A model generated the notes under the pieces. The model was not told the DNA's origin. It made no database searches and saw only the letters and a program-made list of their open reading frames with translations. 64,000 nucleotides of DNA from contig JBHLKM010000003.1 of assembly GCA_048886685.1 (NCBI GenBank), positions 64,001-128,000 on the forward strand, given 5' to 3'. The position numbers and the translations under genes were made by a program. Source of the stretch: Candidatus Hodarchaeota archaeon. GTDB lineage: Archaea; Asgardarchaeota; Lokiarchaeia; Sigyniarchaeales; SOKP01. Shown here piece after piece: positions 10,159-18,199 of this stretch. Each line of letters begins with the position of its first letter. Positions within the stretch are counted from its first letter, which is position 1.

Positions 10159-10335
10159 TTTGAAAATTCTATAGAAAATTATACGCTTTATGAAGGTGAT
10201 GTCGAATCAGGCGTTGTCCTACTAGGTCAGAGCATTGGTGTAATCGAAAGTATTGAAAGTCTGTCGGAGATTATCGAAAAATGCATAAAAGACGCAGAAG
10301 TGGTATTAAAAAGAGCATCTAATTACATAATATAA
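10159..10335 (+). pseudogene. C-terminal remnant of a nitronate monooxygenase/FabK-type (NPD family) flavoprotein
   Basis: Translates to ...LYEGDVESGVVLLGQSIGVIESIESLSEIIEKCIKDAE..., the typical NMO/FabK C-terminus. An in-frame TAA lies just upstream (10156) and the N-terminal part of the gene is absent. Confidence 0.7.
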
Positions 10336-10419
10336 ACAAAACACAAATTTATTTACTACACCGATTTTAGTTTAGATTAATATTAAATTAGTTCTATTAA
10401 ATTTTAAGAAAAAGATCGT

Positions 10420-11919
10420 TCATTCTATAGAGATAATCGTATTTCTTTTAATAGCTGAGTAATATTGAACTATACATGTTTTTCCAACTATTTCCTGAGT
10501 CTCGAAAGTTTTAAGCAATTCTGGTTTTATAACGAATGCAATACTACGACGCCCATTATCAAGAGTACCTATTACAACTCCTCTATAAAATTCCCCCGTT
10601 CGCTTATAAATAATAGAATAGCCATCAATAATGATTTTACCGTTTGCTTTTTCAACAGGTTCGGGCAAGATTTTCTTTAAAATTGATTCTTGTATTTCAG
10701 AGTCGTCCCGAACACCCCATTGTATCATAGGTGGTGTTTTACCATAGATCCCAATTGATTGTTTAGTGTTGTATCCACCATTTGCTATAACCATCACTTT
10801 TAAGGAAGGGTTGGCACGAATTGATTCAACAGTATTGACAATTGCATGTAAAGAATAATTACTCAATGGGGTGCCAAAAAATGGGAGGCCTCCTGTAAGT
10901 GTTAAATCACGTGGATCATCTTCTTCAATTCCAAGTTCCTTCATAAAGATCTCTACAACAGAAGGAAAACAACTATATAAGTCAAATTTATCAATATCAC
11001 TTAACTCTAAACCCGCTTGTTCTAAAGAAAGACGAACTCCTTCTCTTGCTGCTGGAGAATCATCAAGTCGTGGACGTCGATAGAGATCATCCACATTTTT
11101 GAATGTTGCCCCTCCCATTATATAAATCTGTTTATTTTTATCAATTTCAAGTGATTCTGCAATTTCTTCACTTGTAATTAAAATTGTCCCTGCTTGATCT
11201 ACAAAATTATTCGCGCACATACGTTTAGTATAAGGGTGTACTATAAGACGATTCTGAGGTGATGGTGTAATAATTTCTTCAGCGCTAAATTGCTTTTGAG
11301 TCCAGCTATAAGGATTTTTTGATGCAACCTTAGAAAAACGTTCAAAGAGTTTTCCCATATATTTGTTATGTTCTTCGATGCTGCGTCCAGATGAAGCTCT
11401 TAATGCTGTTTCTAAAATTGCATAGCTAGTTGTTGCAAAATATAATTGATAGTGTATACTTTCTTTCCCCAATGGCCATCTCTCCCCAATAATGTACTCT
11501 GGATCTTCTTTTTTCGGCCAATAATCAGGAGCATTCCCTTTAAATGTTTTTCTTAAAGAATAGGCAGCTTCTCCTCCTGTGATAAGAACGCAACGGTGTT
11601 TCCCAGTTGCAATTGCTTTAGCGGCTTGATTAACTAACATCTGAGGGCTTTGTCCTCCATCGGGTAAATATACTTTTTCTTTAGGAGAAATATTAAGCCT
11701 TTTCCCAAGTTCACCAGGAGCGTCTTTATATGACCATGAACTAATATTAACCATATATATAGCATCTATGAAATCACTAATGTTTTTAGCTTGTGTATCT
11801 TCTATTGCCTTTTGTCCGGTCTTTACCATTAAACTAAGGGAATCAAGAGGTTTGAGCGTATTTCTGCGTTGCGTATATTGAGCAACACCAATTATAACTG
11901 GAGTATTTTTATTATTCAT
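10420..11919 (-). CDS. Thiolase-like protein (acetyl-CoA acetyltransferase family with C-terminal extra domain)
   Basis: PVIIGVAQ, GGQSPQ, DLYSCFPS and TLTGGLPFFG motifs of the SCP2-thiolase-like group. Confidence 0.85.
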   Translation of the reverse strand: MNNKNTPVIIGVAQYTQRRNTLKPLDSLSLMVKTGQKAIEDTQAKNISDFIDAIYMVNISSWSYKDAPGELGKRLNISPKEKVYLPDGGQSPQMLVNQAAKAIATGKHRCVLITGGEAAYSLRKTFKGNAPDYWPKKEDPEYIIGERWPLGKESIHYQLYFATTSYAILETALRASSGRSIEEHNKYMGKLFERFSKVASKNPYSWTQKQFSAEEIITPSPQNRLIVHPYTKRMCANNFVDQAGTILITSEEIAESLEIDKNKQIYIMGGATFKNVDDLYRRPRLDDSPAAREGVRLSLEQAGLELSDIDKFDLYSCFPSVVEIFMKELGIEEDDPRDLTLTGGLPFFGTPLSNYSLHAIVNTVESIRANPSLKVMVIANGGYNTKQSIGIYGKTPPMIQWGVRDDSEIQESILKKILPEPVEKANGKIIIDGYSIIYKRTGEFYRGVVIGTLDNGRRSIAFVIKPELLKTFETQEIVGKTCIVQYYSAIKRNTIISIE

Positions 11920-12045
11920 AATAAAAACTGTTATATCTTATGTTTTGTAAAATTTCTAATTCATTTAAAAATTAATTAATTTTAATTATTCATATAGAAA
12001 AACTCAAAAATGTAAAACTAATAATCATAAGAAGGTGAAATTTGA

Positions 12046-13352
12046 TTGAAGAAAGTAGCAATAATAGGTATAGGCATTACACCTTTTCGAGCACGATATC
12101 TAGATAAAACATATTTCGAACTAGCATATGATGCTACAAGCCTAGCTCTCGAAGATGCCAATAAAAATGGTGCGGATATTACTCATAAGGATTTGCAGTC
12201 AACTGTCTACGGGATTTATAACGAACTATTTGAACGTCAATTCATGCCTGATATTTTTGTTAATAGCTATCTTGGCATGAATAATAAACCAGGAACACGT
12301 ATCGCTTCAGGAGGTGCAACTGGGGGATATACGGTTAGAATGGCTTATGCAGAAGTAGCTTCAGGACTTTCAGATTTATGTTTATGCATCGGAGTTGAGA
12401 AGTGTAATGATTGCTATGATGAACAAACTGGAGTGACTACTCCTGAAGTACTTAACGCCATTGCTTATAGTGCGGATATGACGTATATTATATAGTAACA
12501 TAATTACTATATGAGCGGAAGAATATCCGATGGGAAAATATTGTTTGGATGTCCCAACTATCCCCATTGATGGCAGCTTCATCATATGTTTCAATGGTTA
12601 ATGCTCACTTTGAGGAATTTGGAAATCCAACAGAAGAACAGATGGCATTAGTTTCAGTAAAAAATCATGGTAATGCAATTAATAATCCTAAAGCTCAATC
12701 GCCAATGAAAATTACAGTAGAAGATGTTATGAATTCAAGAATTATTTGTTATCCTTTTAAATTATTAGATTGCTGTCTTTATTCTGAGGCCTCTGCCGCC
12801 TTAATACTAGCCAATGAAGAAAAAGTTAAGGAATTAAAGATAGAAAAACCGATTTGGATTTCTGGAGTAGGTGCCGCTAATACAGACTGTTTTATAGGGA
12901 ATAGAGAAGATATGGGAAGGTTGTATTCAAATATTTATGCAGCAAAAGCAGCCTATAAAATGGCACAATTAGACTATGACAAAATCAAAAGTCAAATTGA
13001 TTTAGCAGAATTGCATGATGCTTTCTCTGGACAAGAGGTTATCTCCTACGAGGAATTAGGATTTGTAAAATTCGGAGAAGGCGGTAGTTGGATTGAATCA
13101 GGAGGACCACTAATGGATGGTGAATTACCATGTTGCCCTTCAGGAGGGCTTATTGGGTGTGGTCATGCTGTAGGGGCTACGGGGATTATGTCCACAGGAG
13201 AGGCAGCACTTCAATTGAGAGAAGATGCTGGAAAGCATCAAGTGAAGACAATTAAAAATGGAAGAGCTATTTCTCATTCAATTGGGGGTCCTGGTGCAGC
13301 TTATGCTGCGGTTATTGTGATGGAAAATGAGGAGGGGATTAGTAAAAAATGA
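12046..13352 (+). CDS. Thiolase-family (SCPx/Ltp-type) protein interrupted by two putative BHB-type introns; join(12046..12486,12521..12536,12568..13352), 413 aa
   Basis: The N-half (KKVAIIGIG...SGGATGG...GVEK) and C-half (VSVKNHGNA, DLAELHDAF, PSGGLIGCGHAVGATG) are in different frames. Removing 34+31 nt yields one ORF that restores the D-x-x-Y-E-x-P motif seen in paralogs. TTG start 8 nt after GGTG. Confidence 0.85.
12487..12520 (+). other. Putative archaeal BHB/BHL mRNA intron 1 (34 nt)
   Basis: 11-bp intron hairpin (12488-12498/12504-12514), 7-bp exon-exon stem CGGAUAU/AUAUCCG, central helix ACGU/GCGG, 3-nt bulges AU^A and AA^G at the frame-restoring junctions. Confidence 0.8.
12537..12567 (+). 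other. Putative archaeal BHB/BHL mRNA intron 2 (31 nt)
   Basis: Central helix UGGG/CCCC, bulges AA^A and AU^U, intron stem AUA/UAU plus GUU-GG/CC-AAC closing an AUGU loop. Removal restores the frame. The junction could sit 1 nt to the left (12536-12566), which would give Leu instead of Met. Confidence 0.7.
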
Positions 13353-13843
13353 GTAATGAATTTCAAGCTCATCAGATAAGAGATATAATTAAGATTAATT
13401 ATAAATATACCATGGGAGGTCAATCCAAATTTTTCCTAGAGTTAATGAAAAATAAGAAGATTTTAGGAGCAAAATGCTCTAAATGTGGGAAGATTTGGAT
13501 GCCCCCTAGAATTAATTGCTCAGATTGTTATGTACCTGCTGAATGGAAAGAAGTGAAACAAACTGGTATCATAGAAGTGAGTACAATTGTCTGGTTTACC
13601 ACCTCCGCTTTTATCAAAAATATTCCATATGCTACAGGATATATTAAATTAGACGGAGCTGATACAGCCCTATTGCAAGGAATTTTTTCAGATAATTTAG
13701 TGCCATCAAAAATTAAAAAAGGGAAACGTGTGAGAGCTGTATTTCAAAAAGAAAGAGAGGGAAAAATGACAGATTTCTTTTTTGTTCCTGAAGATGAGTA
13801 TGAGAATTGGATAAATAAACCAGAATACGAAGGAGGAGATTAG
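13349..13843 (+). CDS. DUF35 Zn-ribbon/OB-fold protein (thiolase partner)
   Basis: CSKCG..MPPR..CSDC and OB-fold IKLDGADTAL. Overlaps the thiolase stop (ATGA coupling). Confidence 0.92.
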   Translation: MSNEFQAHQIRDIIKINYKYTMGGQSKFFLELMKNKKILGAKCSKCGKIWMPPRINCSDCYVPAEWKEVKQTGIIEVSTIVWFTTSAFIKNIPYATGYIKLDGADTALLQGIFSDNLVPSKIKKGKRVRAVFQKEREGKMTDFFFVPEDEYENWINKPEYEGGD

Positions 13844-13845
13844 TA

Positions 13846-14217
13846 TTGGGAGTTGCGAGTGAAGCTTTAAAAAAAATTATTGAAAGGATGAATAAAATAT
13901 CTAAAGCTCAACAAGTGTTTGTTACGGATATTGGAGGGAATTCAGTAAATTGGAATATGGTATTTCAATTTAATTTAGATAATGAAGATCCATTTTATTT
14001 GGTAATTGAAAATCAAAAGGTAGATCTTAAACCTGGTACTGCACATGAAACAGAAATCGTAATGTCTGGAGATAATAATGCAATCGTAAAGATTTGCAAT
14101 GGTAAGGGGGATTTCACGCATGCTATCAGTCGTGAAGAAATAACAGTGGAAAAAGGTAAAGTTATAGATGTTATTAGATTAACTAGAGCAATAACAATTG
14201 TTTTAAAAGCAGAATAA
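13846..14217 (+). CDS. SCP2 sterol/lipid-binding domain protein
   Basis: FQFNL...FYLVI..QKV...G.DFTHAI....ITVEKG pattern; context downstream of thiolase and DUF35. Confidence 0.75.
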   Translation: MGVASEALKKIIERMNKISKAQQVFVTDIGGNSVNWNMVFQFNLDNEDPFYLVIENQKVDLKPGTAHETEIVMSGDNNAIVKICNGKGDFTHAISREEITVEKGKVIDVIRLTRAITIVLKAE

Positions 14218-14416
14218 AATATATTTGAGTTTTTTTTTATTTTCTTATTAATAACTTATTTTAGGAAATTTAGAATTTTCATATCATAGATAATTCAAAG
14301 TTTTTACAGATAGATAGAAATCTTTATATATGAGCTATTGAAATATATCTCAGTTTAATTTATCCAAAAATAACAATTAATATAATATTATAAAAATTTA
14401 AGAGGGAATTATATAA

Positions 14417-15211
14417 ATGAAAAGAGAACTTGCAGTAATAGGGATTATTGCTGGTATTGCAGTAGGATTCGGGCTTGGATGGTTTATACCTCCACTTCTC
14501 ACCCAACCAGAGGGTAAATCTTTAATAAATCAGATTAAGGACAGAGGTGAATTGATTGTCGGAACTAGCGCGGATTATCCCCCTTTTGAAAACTTTACCT
14601 GGCCTTATACAGGTGAGATCCAAGGTTTCGACGTCAATGTATCACAATGGATCGCTGATGAGTTGGGTGTTGATCTTGTAATGACTCACATAGATTTTAC
14701 TCAACTAATTTCTGCTTGTAAGGCTGGCACAATTGATATGGTTGCGGCCGCAATGACGTATACAGAAGAGCGTGCTGAAAGTTTGGCACCTTCCATAACC
14801 TATATTAATTCAAGCAATGTTGTCATGGTTAAGAATTCTTCATCGCTTACTACAATTACTGATTTAACAGAACTAGTAGGGGTAGGGACAATTGGCTGTC
14901 AATCAGGTACTGTATTTCAATGGGATTTGGAAGAAATTCCCGGTATATCTTTTGTTGCTTATCCTAGTGCTATCGTCCTTATGACAAATTTACTTGCTGA
15001 CAATGTTGTAGCAGCATATGTAGATAAGGCAACTTTTGAGTTCTATAATCGAACAGAAAACCTCAGGATTATTTATGATTCAGGAACTGAGCCTTTATCA
15101 TTATGGACTAGACATGGAGAACCAGAACTGCTATACGTTATAAACGAAGTCATTTTAGACGCCTATATTACCGGAACGATGTCTATCTTAATAGATGAAT
15201 GGTTTGGGTAA
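14417..15211 (+). CDS. Polar amino-acid ABC transporter substrate-binding protein (SBP family 3), N-terminal TM anchor
   Basis: IKDRGELIVGTSADYPPFE, GFDV, AMTYTEERA motifs. Confidence 0.92.
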   Translation: MKRELAVIGIIAGIAVGFGLGWFIPPLLTQPEGKSLINQIKDRGELIVGTSADYPPFENFTWPYTGEIQGFDVNVSQWIADELGVDLVMTHIDFTQLISACKAGTIDMVAAAMTYTEERAESLAPSITYINSSNVVMVKNSSSLTTITDLTELVGVGTIGCQSGTVFQWDLEEIPGISFVAYPSAIVLMTNLLADNVVAAYVDKATFEFYNRTENLRIIYDSGTEPLSLWTRHGEPELLYVINEVILDAYITGTMSILIDEWFG

Positions 15212-15343
15212 GTGATGTTCCAGATTTCCCCCAAATTATTCTAAATCAAGAAGGATTTACCCTAATACATTTCTGCTGTCTGTCCTATGTTTATTTTAAG
15301 GATTTTTTGGGGAAAATCCTAGACCAAATATTTTTTTTTTTTT
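15201..15343 (+). terminator. Long intercistronic stem-loop followed by a T13 tract
   Basis: GATTTCCCCCAAA (15223-15235) pairs with TTTGGGGAAAATC (15306-15318). GGTTTGGG (15201-15208) can pair with CCTAGACC (15318-15325). T-run at 15331-15343. Confidence 0.55.
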
Positions 15344-15442
15344 AACCATTTTTAAATCTTAAAATAAATAAACTTCTCGAATTTTCTAAATTAAAGTAAG
15401 GAAATTAATGATTACAAGTCTTATATTATGATCCAGAAATAA

Positions 15443-16570
15443 TTGAAAAAATTCAATAACCAGATGATAACTATGTTGTTTCAAACAGAATTAGATTTTG
15501 TAGGTATAGGAATTGCCATTTCAATAATTATCTTCCCAATTGGTATATTTCTACTGAGATGGTATGCTAAGAAAATTGATAGGCCTCCTACGGAGGTATG
15601 GGATACTTCTTTAAAGACTGCATATATAGTCAGTTTACTATTACTACTAATAAATATTCCAATTAGTATTTTAATAAATTTTTTACTTGCTGAAAATCTA
15701 TTTTTCTTTCTAATGATTCAGTATTTTAATTACATTTTTTTTGATTTCTTTATTGGCACTTTAATTGTTATGAGAATTTATAAAAAGAAATTTGGTGAAA
15801 GTGTTCAGTTTGTTATTGTCGTTCAGCTTATTCTTTTTGGAATAGTTCTCATTTTAGGTTATGTAATATCTATTCTCTTAGGTTATATTTTTCCAGAAAT
15901 TTCTGATGCAATTTTTTTTATTCTTGAATTTGGGTTGTTTAATACTTTGTTTATAACCGCTATAAGCCTACTTACAGGCTTTTTGATTGGAATATCGTTA
16001 GCACTGATGCGTGTCTATGGTGCAAAAGAACTTGAATGGATTTCAAACGGATACGAGAAGATATTTCGTGGTATTCCACTTCTGGTTCTGATCTTAATCA
16101 TCTCTGGTGGAATGCCTGGATTATTTTTTTACCTAGAACCACTTGATAGGCTACTTGCCGGTGTAATCTTGGCACTTGGTCTTCGTAGTGGCGCCTACCA
16201 ATCTCAAATTTTTCGCGGAGCTATTTTATCCGTGAAAGCAGGTCAAATGGAAGCTGGGCGTGCACTAGGTATGAGTGGGTTTCAAAGTTTTCGATATATT
16301 GTAATGCCCCAAGCTTTACGATTGGCTGTACCTAGCTGGTCTAATGAATATGCGGTTGTAATTAAGGATTCCTCATTTGCTGGTTACTACGGAACAATTG
16401 TTGAAATGACATTAGCCGCTTATATCTGGGGATTACGGACGTTAGAATTATTTACCTTATCTATGGGCGTTGTTGCGATTGTATACTTATTATTTACCTT
16501 TCCTGTTACACAAATATTTGGTGAACGACAAACCAAGAAACTTAAGAAATTGGGAATGGGAGGTGGTTAA
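15443..16570 (+). CDS. Amino-acid ABC transporter permease with an extra N-terminal membrane domain
   Basis: FRGIPLLV, SGAYQSQIFRG...GQMEAGRALGMS (EAA loop), IVMPQALR. The first ~150 aa are an additional hydrophobic domain. Confidence 0.88.
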   Translation: MKKFNNQMITMLFQTELDFVGIGIAISIIIFPIGIFLLRWYAKKIDRPPTEVWDTSLKTAYIVSLLLLLINIPISILINFLLAENLFFFLMIQYFNYIFFDFFIGTLIVMRIYKKKFGESVQFVIVVQLILFGIVLILGYVISILLGYIFPEISDAIFFILEFGLFNTLFITAISLLTGFLIGISLALMRVYGAKELEWISNGYEKIFRGIPLLVLILIISGGMPGLFFYLEPLDRLLAGVILALGLRSGAYQSQIFRGAILSVKAGQMEAGRALGMSGFQSFRYIVMPQALRLAVPSWSNEYAVVIKDSSFAGYYGTIVEMTLAAYIWGLRTLELFTLSMGVVAIVYLLFTFPVTQIFGERQTKKLKKLGMGGG

Positions 16571-16572
16571 AC

Positions 16573-17364
16573 TTGAGTGAACCTGTGCTACGGATAGTTG
16601 ATATATGGAAATCATATGAGGATTTACAAGTCCTTAGGGGAATCTCATTTGATGTAGCAGAGCAAGAGGTCAAAGTTATTTTTGGACCGAGTGGTTCTGG
16701 TAAAAGTACATTACTTCGTTGTATCAATATGTTAAATCCCCCTGAAAAAGGTGAAATATTCCTCCGTGGACAAAATTTTATGGAAAAAGGAGTTAATCTT
16801 AATGCGATGCGAGCAAGAATTGGCATGGTATTTCAACATTTTAATCTTTTTGCTCACCTCAAAGCGATTGATAATGTGAGCATTGGACTTCGCCGAGTAA
16901 AAGGCTTATCAAAAGAAGATGCTCGTAAGAAGGCACTCATTGCATTGGAGCGTGTTAAAATGGCAGAATGGGCCAATCACTATCCCGCACAATTATCAGG
17001 TGGTCAACAGCAGCGTGTAGGTATTGCCCGTGCCTTGGCTATGGATCCTGATGTGATTTTATTTGATGAACCTACTTCTGCTTTGGACCCTGAGTTAATT
17101 GGTGAAGTACTTCAAGTAATGTTGGATCTTGCTAAAGCAGGAACTACAATGGTAGTAGTCACACACGAATTAGGATTTGCAAGAGCTGTTGCATCAGAAA
17201 TGATCTTTCTCGGTGAAGGTGTAATCTTAGAGCGTGGAACTCCCCAACATTTCTTCACTTCACCTAAATCCGAACGTGTAAAAACATTCTTGAACCAGCT
17301 TGAAATTTTATACGGAACACACGAAAAGCTTCTGGAGTTGCCAAATGAGGAGGAAAATAAATGA
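16573..17364 (+). CDS. Amino-acid ABC transporter ATP-binding protein (GlnQ-like)
   Basis: GPSGSGKST, LSGGQQQRV, FDEPTSALDPE, VTHE. Confidence 0.95.
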   Translation: MSEPVLRIVDIWKSYEDLQVLRGISFDVAEQEVKVIFGPSGSGKSTLLRCINMLNPPEKGEIFLRGQNFMEKGVNLNAMRARIGMVFQHFNLFAHLKAIDNVSIGLRRVKGLSKEDARKKALIALERVKMAEWANHYPAQLSGGQQQRVGIARALAMDPDVILFDEPTSALDPELIGEVLQVMLDLAKAGTTMVVVTHELGFARAVASEMIFLGEGVILERGTPQHFFTSPKSERVKTFLNQLEILYGTHEKLLELPNEEENK

Positions 17365-18107
17365 TTATACAAACAACCCAAAATCCAATTTTAGAACTTA
17401 TTGAAGTGTTGAAATCTTGGGAGCTATTATTATCAGGTTTCTTGTTAACGATGTGGTTATATGTATGGGCACTTTTAATTGGTTTTTTTCTCGGTCTTCT
17501 CCTTAGTATCCTTCGTCAGTATGGAGGACTAATTTCCTCCCGTATTGCAGTTGTATACATCGAGATTATTCGTGGTACGCCTTTACTTGCACAATTATAT
17601 TTCATTTATTTCCTCCCCAACAGCCTAGGTATTACCATTGATATTCCAATCATTAAAACTAGCTTTAAAATCGGTCAGAACCCATTGATACTTATGGATT
17701 ACTCGATATTTGTTGGTATCCTTACATTAGCTCTCAATAGTGCAGCTTATCAAGCTGAATACCTCCGTGGAGCTATAATTTCCGTTGGGACTGAACAATT
17801 AGAAGCTGCACGATCGTTGGGTATGTCTCGCTTGACCGGTATTCAACGGGTTGTATTACCGCAAGCTTTACGCCGTGTTATTCCTGCCTGGTCTAATGAG
17901 GCTGCTTATCTTCCGAAATATACAGTACTTGTCTACTTTATTGGAGGGGTACAGGAAATTTTTTATCAAGCAGATATAATTGCTCATAGGACATTTTTTA
18001 TACTTACTACATACGTCGTTATCGCTGTTATCTTCCTAGTTACAATCACAATTATATCTAGAGGTTTGGATATTCTCCACAAGCGAACAATGATTCCGGG
18101 GCTGTAG
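17361..18107 (+). CDS. Amino-acid ABC transporter permease
   Basis: IIRGTPLLAQL, NSAAYQAEYLRG, EAARSLGM, LPQALR. Confidence 0.93.
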   Translation: MIIQTTQNPILELIEVLKSWELLLSGFLLTMWLYVWALLIGFFLGLLLSILRQYGGLISSRIAVVYIEIIRGTPLLAQLYFIYFLPNSLGITIDIPIIKTSFKIGQNPLILMDYSIFVGILTLALNSAAYQAEYLRGAIISVGTEQLEAARSLGMSRLTGIQRVVLPQALRRVIPAWSNEAAYLPKYTVLVYFIGGVQEIFYQADIIAHRTFFILTTYVVIAVIFLVTITIISRGLDILHKRTMIPGL

Positions 18108-18199
18108 ACTTTTTAAGTATAAATAAAACTTTTAATTTTTTTTTCATTTTTTTATTTACTTCTGATAATTCACAATTTCAATCTTTATATCTTATTTAA

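Noticed and set aside
12493-12498. Pyrrolysine or selenocysteine readthrough as the explanation for the split thiolase
   Set aside because: The TAG is immediately followed by an in-frame TAA, and the downstream coding parts are in two other frames, so readthrough cannot join them.
12487-12567. Simple sequencing frameshift or programmed ribosomal frameshift
   Set aside because: Relative to paralogs there are 65 extra nt in two discrete hairpin blocks, not a 1-2 nt indel, and there is no slippery heptamer. An assembly artefact cannot be formally excluded without reads.
12549-13352. Independent gene starting at ATG 12549
   Set aside because: This ATG lies in the loop of putative intron 2, MSQLSP has no counterpart in paralogs, and the product would be only part of a thiolase fold.
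15211-15325. SECIS element or C/D-box sRNA
   Set aside because: No in-frame TGA selenoprotein candidate nearby. GTGATG is present but there is no properly placed CTGA box D.
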